Shown: in pieces, positions 27,228 to 38,000 of the stretch
Layout: each line of letters starts with the position of its first letter
Numbering within the stretch: the first letter of the stretch is position 1
From: Lama glama
Lineage: Eukaryota
DNA: 64,000 nucleotides
Direction: 5' to 3'
Assembly: GCA_028534125.1 (NCBI GenBank)
Contig: CM052817.1
Location: forward strand, 34,474,001 to 34,538,000
The notes under the pieces: generated by a model
Database searches by the model: none
Told to the model about the DNA's origin: nothing
What the model saw: the letters and a program-made list of their open reading frames with translations, nothing else
Position numbers and translations under genes: made by a program

Positions 27228-28245
27228 TGAAACATCAGGGAAAAGCACTGAAACTAGAGAAACCAAATTTGCTTCCCATAAAGCTAAGAAAGATCCACTT
27301 ACTTATAATTGTTTTTTATTTTTATATGAAGATTGTTATATATAATGACTTTATTTCAGGAATTAAGAAACATAAAGATGCATGTTTACCCAAAACAGAT
27401 TTAGTTCTATCTTCTTGACTTTTAGTGAAATTATGGATTTCTAAGTGATATAATTTGTGTATCGGTGCTTTCTAGTACCTATAATGTTAAAATAGACTGA
27501 GAAAAGCTGCAAGCATGTACAGGAATACAGAGAAAGACATCATAAACAATGTTTACAGAATTAGGAAAAACGATCGCAGTACATGTACCGATGAGAAGAC
27601 CAATACTCATCGTACACAGAGTCCTCCAACAACTCAGCGGCAAGACGATGCAGCAGACCTCTGTTTTCCAGGCTGACTATCAAAGTCAGCTCTGAAAGAC
27701 AAAAGCAAGTTAAAAAGAACTATCTGAGAGCGTGGGGGAAGAAGTGGCTTCCCCTGTCCGGTGGTGCTTGGGGATGGAGTGACGTGGTATCAGTGGAAAA
27801 GCCGTGGGCTTTGTTAGCGAAAATGCCCGACCTGCCCCCTCACCCCTCCCTCCTGTGCCTCTCTACACCAGAAGCTTGGAATTTACAGTGAAAATAATTT
27901 AAGGAGTTAGAGCAAGGTCAAAGAGAAGTTTGTTGCTTATCAGATGCCATCAACACAGTGGCAAAACAATACCAAAAACACACATACACAAAACCCCAAG
28001 ACTAGCTCTCTATCTAGGCGTAGTCTCCCAGAAGGGGCAGGGCTGCAGCCTGTTGTTATCACACATGTGTGACTGCAGTGTGCAGGGGGTGTAGTGGGTT
28101 GTTACGTTCTAGGTCTATAAAGAACCACGCTCCTTGCTCTAACGTGTAGAGGAAGGATTGCACACTGGCAGGCCACAGGCCAAACCAGACTCACAGACAG
28201 GTGTTCTTTTACTTGCACAGCTTTAAAAATGTTTTAATGAGTGAC

Positions 28246-28608
28246 TGTGATGGTTAATTTTATGTGTCAATTTAACAAGGCTAAATTGTTCAAAAACTAG
28301 TCTGGATGTTGCTGTGAAGATGTTTTGTAGATGTGATTAACATCTATAATCAGTTTACTTTTAGTAAAGGAAATTGCCCTCAATCATGTGGATGGGTCTT
28401 AGCTGACAAATTGAAGTCCTTTAGAGCAAAATCTGAGGTTTCCTAGAGAAGGAATTATGCCCCAAGAGTGTAATATTAAAATGTTGCCTGAGTTTCCAGC
28501 CTCCTGTCCTGCCCTAGGCATTTCAGACTTGCTGTCCCCCACAGTCACCTGAACCAATTCCTTAAAATAAATCTCTTTCTCTGCATGCATATATATATAT
28601 GTATATCT
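28246..28608 (+). mobile_element. ERVL (MLT2-type) LTR
   Basis: Starts tgtgatggttaattttatgtgtcaa; ccaattccttaaaataaatctct near the end. Confidence 0.8.
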
Positions 28609-28649
28609 GCAAAGGAAAGTTGGGAAATGTGACATGGCGGTTAACAGTC

Positions 28650-28965
28650 GCCATGCAGCTAGGTTCTAGCCAGTGAGATGTAAGCAGATACGCCTGGGTA
28701 GCTTCCGTGGAAGGCAAATCCTATGTCCCTTCTTCCAGCTAGTCTTCCATCCTGCTGCCTAGAACAAGCTGTTAGAGCTCTCGCAGCCGTACTGGGTCAT
28801 GAAGACAAAGGCCATACCCTAGGGACAACAGAGCAGGAAGCTGGGGGAAGCTGGATCCCTGGTCACTGTGGAGATGCTAGAGTAGTTCTGAACTGCATCT
28901 CGCAGAGGAAGACATTCTTATCTAATTTCTGATTTTCTGTTACTTAGTGGAATGTAACCCTAGTT
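28650..28965 (+). mobile_element. MaLR (old MLT1-type) LTR fragment
   Basis: ttctagccagtgagatgtaagcaga and catgaagacaaaggccataccctaggga motifs. Confidence 0.55.
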
Positions 28966-30069
28966 TAAAAATCAGGAAATATCACATAAAAATTCCAATT
29001 CTGGCTTCTCCCTTGACAATTTGGCATATCTGCTAAACTTGGGGTCATGCTCCCATGTTACCAATTGCCTAGGGCAGGAGAATGGGTGCTTGCTTGTTTT
29101 AGACAAAGATGGAAACCCCACCAGGTTTTTCTCTTTTAAGTTCCTGAAAGCATTTGAGCTTGCTATTTCCTGACATGGCTGTTGGAGTTTTACCTCTGCA
29201 GTGTGATAGGCCCTTGCTCAAACTTATTTTGTCCTCTTAGGCTGTTTCTCCAACCCCTTTTTTGGGAAATGGGCAGGATGGAAAATCATTGATGCCATCC
29301 TTATAACCTGCAGTCTTTCTCTCTGCATCACTTGCAGCAGGAACATTCCCAAATTGGTGCAGTCCACAAAGGAAGATGTGTCTGATGCTGGTGGAAACAG
29401 GCCTTCTCCTACCCTTGGAGAGACTACATCAGTCACAGTCCTACACGCCTGCCTGTGGGAGGAGGGAGCAGGTCGCAGTGTCTGCAGACTTCTTATGGTG
29501 GGGAAACTCCACTCTTACGGCTTGGGAGGAGGGATACAGAGCATCTTCTATTCCATGGCTGCAACCTTTTTTCTCAATTTAAAGATCTTCTTCTAGTCTA
29601 ATGAATTTGTATTCCTCTCGTCCACATAATTTTGATCCAATTTCTCACTAATGCTAAAGTTTTATTTAGTGAAAGAGCATCACCCCCAGAATCCCTGCAT
29701 TGACTTGACATGGCCTGAGGGGATTCCCCCCAATTTGGGCAAGGGGCTGAGGGGATGGAGGTTGGAGTCTCAGTTGCCGTCAGACCTAAATGGACCTGGC
29801 AATCACTGAGGGTAGGTGGGGGGAGAGTTGTTCTGACTTGAAGTGATCTTGGTGAAGTAAAGACTGATTCTTATCTTTGACTGTGAATGAACTCAAAGAC
29901 AAAGACCCTTCAAAGTTGCTCAGGCATTTTGGGTGTGGAATGAGGTTAACCTTCAAAGGGGAAGCCACGACAAGATCAGAAATCTGTGTTTTTGAGCCAA
30001 ACTATGTCTATATCAGTGTCTAGACTTGGCTTTGTGTTTTCATTATGAGAATTGCATTAAACTCATAAT

Positions 30070-31020
30070 GAGTCCTTCATTTGTGAGTGACTTCTGTGGC
30101 CAGGCACTGTTTCAGACCTTGGGAATACAGTGAGCAAAACAGGTAGGATTCCTGCCCTCATGGAGCTCACATTTTAGTTAAGGGATACAGATAATAAATA
30201 CAAGTAAACAATTAGATAATCAAGAAAATTTCAGATAGTAATAAGTGCTATTAAAAAACTAAATAATAACTTTTTTAAAAAACCAACTTAAAAGAAAAGG
30301 TGAGACAAAGTGATAAGGGGAAAGGGCAGGGGTCTAATTTAGATGGATAAGAAGGAAGTTTCCTCTTGAGGAAGTGATACTTACCCTAAATGACCAGAAG
30401 AAGATCTGAAAAAAGAGTGTTCTAAGAAGAGAAACAGCAAGTACAAAGGTCTTGAGGTGGGAGCAAACTTGGTTGGGTATGACACATGAGGTAGAGAAAG
30501 CCAAGCAGTAAAGTCACACAGAAGACAGGGGTTTGATCACACAGAACTTTAACTCAGATGTGGACTTTATTCTAAGGGCATTTAGAAGTGATTGGATAAT
30601 GTTAAGCAGGGGAATGAATGATTTATATTAATTTTGAAAGCTCTCCCTGGATGCTGGTTAGATTATAACTTGGCAAGAGTGCAAGCAGGGAGGCCAATCA
30701 GGAGTCTATTTTAACAGTCCAGGTAAGAACTGACACCTAGTTTGGACAAGGTAGTAACAGTGGAGATAGCAGTGAATAGATTCAGGATCTATTTTAGAGG
30801 TGGAGACAACAGAACCTGGCAGGTGGATTGGATCTGGAGTAGGAGAAAATGAGAGGAATCTAATAGGGGTCCCCTGGTCCCATCCACTGAGATGGAAGCC
30901 TGAAGAAGGAACAGGTTCTGGGAAGAAAATCCAGAGAAGTGTTTGTCCCATGCTTTATTTGAAATGCCTGTGAAACATCTAGATGGAGGTGGCAAGCATA
31001 TAGCTGGATAAATAAGAACA
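30070..31020 (-). mobile_element. L2 fragment
   Basis: gccaggcactgtttcagaccttgggaatacagtgagcaaaacag...cctgccctcatggagctcacattttag; ttattttgaaatgcctgtgaaacatctagatggag-like motif. Confidence 0.75.
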
Positions 31021-34000
31021 CACGGAGCACATGTTCTTTTTGGAACTTTCAGCCTACTTGTGGAAACCTGGGAAAGTCCAAGAATGGGCCTGAAAGGGCA
31101 TTCTGGACCAGCAGAGGTCCCCACGAGGTCCAGATCCCCATCATCTAAAGGGTTTTAGCACACCTGTGGGTAGCGGTATGCTTCATTTCACATAGTGCAA
31201 GTGCTTTAAAGAGTTCTACAGGTCAAGCAAGTTGTGAATTACTGTTTGTCATTAACTTACCTTTCAATTTGCCAAACACTTTCTCCTTAATGTTGAATTG
31301 TCTTTCATTGACTCTCAGTGGGAAGTTTTTGGTTTCTGCTTCCCCCTCTCCTTTCTTATCACTCCCTGCCTTCGCTTTTCTAACCAGCCTTTCCTCTGTG
31401 GACTGTTTCAAGTTAAAAAGTTTAAATCCATCCTTTCATGTTTCTGGGGTGCAGGGAGAGGTCTCTAATAGAGCTTAAGAAATAGCTTACCTCTTCCTTA
31501 CTTCTGAAAAGTTGAGGAAGAAAACAAAGAGTGAGACAGACAGGCTGCCACAAGTGACTTTAGGTCTAGTAGCCAAGTGTGCTGAGCTAATAGTGAATTC
31601 CAGAATTACGAGCTGTCCCCACCCAGTTCCCAGCAGCATGGGTTGGGAGCAGGCAGGCCCCTGGGAGAGCGGCAGAAACTTGTTCTTCCCTGTGAGCTGC
31701 ACCTCCCTAGAGGAAACAGGTGGCAGAACTGAGCCCAGTTTGCTGTTACTCTGCCCAGATTTATTTTACATCATCAGAGGTGAAACAGTTAAGGCTCTGA
31801 GAGAAGCGAGGAAACAGTCCTCATGGAAACTTGGGGTGAAGAGAGGACATTCTCCTCTGATAATGGAAACGTTCACCATTAATTGGCTGGTTTTATATGT
31901 TTGGCTTTTCAGTAAGTAGGACACCATTAACTTCAACAGGCAGATATCAAGCACAATTCTGCGACTTACTAACTATAGTTTTGGGAAGGTTACTTGAGCT
32001 GTCTCAAATTTCTCATTTGTAAAAATGAGGATGAGAGTACCTGCTTTGTGAAATCATTCATGTAACACATTCAGTGCACTCCCTGGATCAGAATAAACAC
32101 TTAGTAAAGATTTGCTGCTACTATTACTACTGTAGTGGTGGCTATCACTGTTACCATGTTAGGAGATCTGTTAGGTGCCAAAGATATAAAAGATAAAAGA
32201 CATAATCTTACCATCTAGAGCTCAGTAGGGAGGTAGGAATAAAAATATAATACAGTGTAATGCACATTAGTAAAGTTTTTTTACCAGAAGGGTGCCTACC
32301 AACGATTACATTTTAGTGAGATTGTACCTATGCAGGCCAGGACAAAAAAAAAGCTGACTTGGAATTGTTGAGCTTCCCACATTCTTATTGGGTAGGAGTC
32401 AAGTAAGTGGCTCTGTTTGCAAGAAAGGTATCAGGAAACTGCCTGTGTTTTTAGGGTAGGTTTTTTTTTAATCCCCAAAGGAGTTAGTCACCAGTGAGGA
32501 CTAGAACAATGATGGCTCTAAATCCTCAAGGTAGTGAAAGCCAGAACCAGCCCTGATTTAGCACTCCTGGGCATGGAAAGAGCTGATTCTTTGGAATCTG
32601 ACACCTGGAGCCTAAACTGGCAGAGCCTGAGGGCCCTTGGATCAGGGTGACACTGGAATAGGCCAGAAGGGCCCCACTCTGGCTGAGATTCTGACGTGGC
32701 ACTGACCCCACTGTGCAGGACCCCCATGAGGGCAAGGCTTTATCTCTATGTACTTTACATCTGCTAAAAAGCTTTGCTGCCTTGCCCCTGAGTCACCCCT
32801 TCAGTGGCTGGCGCATAGGCATCCTGCAGCTGTAAGCCGTAAGTCTTCATGGCCTCATCTGCAGAGGTGACTGGGAATTCAGCCAGGAGTACTTCCTGTT
32901 AGAGAGCTCTGGAGTGTGGAGGCAGGCCCCAGAAAATAAGCCAAGCACCTTCCAGGATCACGGATACGTGGCCAGTTTTGCCGCATTCACCCTCTGCTTC
33001 AGCCATTAGATCAAGCCATTAGATTCACTTTCAGGTACCTCTAAAGTATGGCAAATTCTGTAGGCGTAAAAGAGAGGGAGTTGGAGGGAGGACAGTTCTC
33101 TATCACTGGTTTGTGAGAGCTCAAATATTTGCACCCTAGGGATGAAATGGGAGGCATAATAGTTGTACACCAACTGTGTAGGACATCCTGGTCACTAACA
33201 TAGTAATAGAAGCATGAATATGCTACAGCAGCATGAAGCAAGAAGTGATAAGTTCTGTAAGAGGAGGTGTTGGGGGAAGACTTCTGAGAGGTCAGGCCTG
33301 AACAGGATTTGTAAGAATGAGTAGGCGTTTACAGTGACAGAATAGAGGAAGTGAATTACAGACAGGAAGAACAGCTTGGACAAAAGCTTTACTAACCCAT
33401 GACAGCACGGTATTTTCAGTGAATTCAAAGCAGATTTATCCACTCTGCGACAGAGTGTTTTGGTGGATTCATTTCTTGTTCCAGTGTTTACTGATAACCT
33501 CCTTTAGTTTTTAACAAAGTAAAGGTTTATTATATGTAAATACATATACAATATTTATAATAGTGCCTGGCACATGGTTAGCACAATCTTAGTCAAACTT
33601 CTGATGACTAAATAGCTCAGTTTTTTTTAATAAGATGTAAAAATTTTCTCAACCAACTGTTTTCTATTCCTGCTCACTCCAATCCCCATACTTCAAAAAT
33701 TCTAGATTCAATTTCAAAAGCCAAATATTTTAAGAGGCCAGTTTAAGATAGGTGCGGCACAGACGCCTAAAACGGAAAGGCGCTGCAGGAAAAGGGTAAT
33801 GTTAGTTGTTTTTGGTCTGGGGTGATTATAGGCAAACTATCTAAAACAAGTCTTTAAAATTTTCGTCTGTTATTTTCTAAGTCCTGTTTCAGAGCTTTGT
33901 TTCAAATAATCGCACCTGGAGCCTCTAAGACCGTTGCACTCGGTAGATGGCAGCGCCGGCGGCGGCAAGGAGAATCGGTGAAGCAGTAAGGAACCGGCTA

Positions 34001-34510
34001 AGGTGTGGCCGTTCCCGCAGCAAGTGCCACGTAACCAGGGCACTGGAACTAATTTGACATCTAGGAAAGGCTACGAGAAGCGACAGGCTGGCCTGGATAT
34101 TAGGGCCGAAGACTCAGGAGGAAACAAGGAGTAAAGAGCCGTGCAGTTCTGGGACGGTGGGCAGAGGGAGAGGAAGAGGGTCCCGTGTCGGGCGCGAGAA
34201 GGATGCGAGACAACGAAGGTCACGCGGCACCCGGTACCCGGGAGCGCCGGGCCCAATGGGAGGAGGGCGCGAGCCGCACCTCAACCTGCCGCAGGACGTC
34301 ACGACGCCGAGGCGGACGCCGGGCCAATGGGAGGCCGCCGCGGGCAGGGGCGGGGCCCGGAGGAGTTGGGCTGGGCCGCACTGAGACAGTTGGAGAAATC
34401 GTGTGGCCACCGCGGGCGGGGGGAGGACGAGCCGCCGGCTGCGGACGCCGGCCTGCCCTGAGCCTCTGCCGGCCCCGGCCACTTCCCGCATGCTGCCGGC
34501 TCCTCCCTGA

Positions 34511-34534
34511 GCGGCGGCGGCGGCGGCGGCGGCG
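34511..34534 (+). repeat. (GCG)8 trinucleotide repeat upstream of the TMEM165 ATG
   Basis: Directly visible. Confidence 0.95.
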
Positions 34535-34633
34535 AGGCGTCAGGGACGCTCCTGGGGGCGGCTCGGGGTCGAGGCTTCCTGTCGCCCGCACTTCCTCCTG
34601 CGGCGCCGGTGCACGGCCGTCTCGGCCGGCGGG

Positions 34634-34834
34634 ATGGCGGCGGCCAGGGGGAGCGGCCGTGCATCTAAACCCCGGCTGCTTCTGCTCCTGCTGGTTCCGC
34701 TGCTGTGGGCCCCGGCCGGGGTCCGGGCCGTTCCCGACGAAGACAGCCACCGGAACAAGGAACCGCCGGCGCCTGCCCAGCAGCTGCAGCCGCAGCCCGC
34801 GGGCGTGCAGGGCCCCGAGCCGGCCCGGGCCGAG
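34634..34834 (+). CDS. TMEM165: TMEM165 coding exon 1 (signal-peptide region; Golgi Mn2+/Ca2+ transporter, UPF0016/GDT1 family)
   Basis: gggATGG; MAAARGSGRASKPRLLLLLLVPLLWAPAGVRAVPDEDSHRNKEPPAPAQQLQPQP...PARAE; donor GAG|gtgagc; 201 nt. Confidence 0.96.
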
Positions 34835-37084
34835 GTGAGCGGGACGGGCCCGGGCAGGCGAGGCTGCGGAGCCGGCGGAGCCGGGTACCAGGCTCGTCGT
34901 CGCCAGAGCGCCGCCCTCGGCCCAGGCAGCCGGCGGTGGGAGGGGAGCCCGGTTGCGGCTCTCTGGGCTGGAAGACGGCTGAGTGCGCTTTCCCTGGGTC
35001 AGGCCTGGCCTTGCCTGTCTCCTTATGGGGGAGGGGAGGAGGGGAGCCGAACTAGGAGTCCGCTGTAAACCTTTAGTTCCGGAGGATAAAGATGCTGCCA
35101 AGGAATGGGCTTCTTGTTGATCAGATGTATCCTAGAGAGCTGGGAATGTTCATCATCCCAAGTAGAAAGTTTTTAACAGAGGGCAGCTGGGAGGCTTTTG
35201 GTATTCTCTGAGAATAATAACATCGGCTATTTCATTGTTGAAGCAGTTTATCCCATACTGTTTACCACATTCAGCTTTGCACAACTCTCACTTTTTTTTT
35301 TTTTTAACAAGCTCTCGTTTGCAGGAAGTAGCCTTTAGGAAAGCACAGGAATCATCAGTCTTTGACAGTACAGAGTGCTGCAGCGGTGTGGGACGCCAAA
35401 ACTAAATTTATAAGTATACTAGAATCCTACATTTTGGTCTTCACTAAAAGATATTAATTAACATCTTAATTTATGTTAGTAGAATCCCTTAGTCACTTGT
35501 GTTCAAGATCTCGGCAGCGTTTTTTAAACGCTCTGTACGCCCTGGGCTTTCTCCTCATTTCCAATTTGGACTCCTGAATTCAGGCCTTCTGTAGTCTCTT
35601 CTAATAGGAGCTCAAACCTCCCATTTCCACCCCAGGCTACATTCAGCCTGTCCCCATCTAACGAATCCTCCTGAACATTGAATTCCGTTTTCTCTCTCAG
35701 AAACCTCCAGCGAGTTGCCCCGAACGCTGATTTCAGCCCAGCCTCTTCAGCAGGATGTGCACGTTTGTTGGTGATCTGGCTCCAGTCAACACCTCCAGGC
35801 TGTTAGCCACCACTCGCTTGCTCACTCATATGCTGTACTCAGACTTGCCATGTGCTCTCTCTCTCCAACAAAAGCCCTTTCTAAATAAAAGAGTTAGTGA
35901 GCTTGAAGCCTACTGGTCAGAACTTTTCCCACCTTTCAAGAACCATCCGATATCGCCTCTCTGTGAAGGCTTCCTAAAATTTCCTGGCTGAAAGTGATTT
36001 CTCTCTCCTGCCTGTCACTCCTGGGCTCCGCGGACCCGGCTCGCCATTTCCACTTCTGAAATTGAACTGACATGCTGATTCATGAAACTCATTCTTAGTG
36101 TTCGTCGTTTAGCCTGCTGTCATTTAACTCATTATCAGAAATTTATTTAAAGCTATAACTATTTGGGGTTATGTAACTTTCCAGGCTTTGCATTAAAGTT
36201 TTAGTCAGATAGTGATTTTTGAGATAAAAATAGTGGTAGGTATGGCTATTAATACCCTTTTACACTGCTAGGAAAAATACAGCCATGTAAAATAAAGGCA
36301 GCAGTGTCCAGGGACCGTATGTAAGTGTCTTAAGGATCCTTGTCTTTAAAATTGGGGATGTGAAGGGAAAGGGAAGGCACAGTGTAATACGATTTTTGTC
36401 TTTACTGTCTTGGTATTTCACATAACTTTTGTTACGGATCAAGTGGTTTTTTTTTTCCCCTTTGTCTACTGTACTGCAGTATATTGGAAGAGATTTTTTT
36501 TTACGTTTTCTAAACTGTAATATAAATATCATTTGCTTTTTTTGTCCACTTAATGAAAGTTAAGATGTGGTCAGAGTTCCTAATTTAATAGTCACTCACG
36601 AAAGCAAGGGTTCAGCATAGCCGAATATCTGAAAGTTTCAACTCTTTAACTCTTTAGCTTTGCAACTACAGGCAGCAGATCTTTTAAAGGGGTAGGATAT
36701 TTAACCTTACCCTTTCATGCCAGTGAGTGTGGACTTCTGAAAATGGAGAGGGGAAAATCTCTCTGTTACTGGTAGGCATTTAAATGTAAGATGTATTATA
36801 AAAATGTAGCTGCATCTTATAGGGTGCGTTGAGGCAAGATTACTGAACTTCTAATAAGGTTTTCTACATTGATTTTTTTTTTCCTCTATAATCAGATAAA
36901 AAAAAGTTTGGGGAGTTTACTCTGAAGTTATAGTTAAAATTAAAACCATGAAAAAAGCACTGTGGACCACTGGGACCCTTTCATTTATGCAGTTTATGCT
37001 TCTAGTGACGTACTCAGTTATTTTCTTCCTTCCCTGGGCAGAATATGTAATACAAGAAGCATTCAGTCCCTTTAGTTGGGGGAA

Positions 37085-37186
37085 GTCAGATGGATTTAAT
37101 AAAGGTAATTTATAATTTGCTGCGTATTCTGGGAGGTCAGATGGATTTAATAAAAGTAATTTATAATTTGCCGCGTGTTCTGGAAG
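37085..37186. repeat. 51-bp tandem duplication (2 copies)
   Basis: gtcagatggatttaataaaRgtaatttataatttgcYgcgtRttctggRag at 37085-37135 and 37136-37186, 4 mismatches. Confidence 0.95.
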
Positions 37187-37799
37187 GCCAAAGGACCGCA
37201 GTTGTGTAACACTGTTGATAAAGCCACAGCAGCCTACCACCTGACCCAGTACCGATTCTCCTTACTGTATTTCTCCTTTACTGTTTCTTGGCATTTCTTT
37301 CATGTATTATCTTTTAACACAGAAGCTTTCCACACCATATTTTAATCATTTTCCCATTTTTATTAAGTTGCAGTCCTGCTCCATCCAATCCAAACTCCTA
37401 GTTCAAGGCTCTTTATGGCTGAGACTGAGGCCGTCAGGTGTGAAGATTCGTCTTACTGAGGGTTGCTGTGTCAGAATGAAATGATCATGATGTTACTGCA
37501 TTTATTTGTTGGTGTCCTACCAGCAAAGCGATTCATCACAAATAAAAATCAGTGAAACTAAATACACAATACATTTCAGATGTCAAAATGTATGAATACA
37601 TTACAAAACAGTAACATTCTCAGAAACAAAGCTGTTAAACATTCATTAAAATAAAAATGTTATATATATTTGAATATAAGTTAACAAATAACATTCATAA
37701 AAATAAAATATTATTTTAAAAGCAACAAACTAAACCATCTACAAATAAAAGATATGAGTGAAAATTTATAATGAAGTACAATTTTAGTTTTTTATTTTA

Positions 37800-38000
37800 A
37801 TGCAGTCTCTTAAAACGAAGTTTATCCATAGTGTCATTGTTTAAGTTACACATGTATTCTTGGGCACATTTTTCCAACTTCTGAGAAAGGTTTTTCTGAC
37901 TTCGTACAGTAAAGTAATGGCAAGGAGACAGTTCTAAGCCAATTCTAAGCGTTTTCCTGTGACTCCTTTATCTTCAAATAATCTCACCTCTTGTATCGTA
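37800..38000 (-). mobile_element. Decayed hAT-superfamily transposase C-terminus
   Basis: Translation across a stop and two frameshifts: LFEDKGVTGKRLELA*NCLLAI / SEKPFSEVGKMCPRIH / CNLNNDTMDKLRFKR, resembling the hAT dimerisation-domain pattern (SERxFS...L...T.D.L.F.R). Confidence 0.6.

Larger units (their letters stand above)
33930..35070 (+). promoter_or_regulatory. TMEM165 CpG-island promoter
   Basis: Dense CpG; two ccaatgggagg CCAAT boxes (34253-34257, 34324-34328); CRE-like GACGTCA 34295-34301; GC box near 34348-34355; ETS-like ACTTCC at 34481 and 34590. Confidence 0.9.

Noticed and set aside
33001..33024. Short duplication agccattagat x2 (similar small ones near 51481 and 57700)
   Set aside because: Ordinary slippage-scale duplications with no further structure.
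17635..34000. Orthologue of the human antisense lncRNA SRD5A3-AS1
   Set aside because: It cannot be delimited without transcript data; scattered minus-strand splice-like motifs are not sufficient.
34114..35101. 293-aa (-) and 217-aa (+) ORFs
   Set aside because: CpG-island artefacts overlapping TMEM165 exon 1, with no recognisable domain.
37085..37186. Direct repeat as a CRISPR-like array
   Set aside because: Only two adjacent units, no spacers, and a mammalian context.
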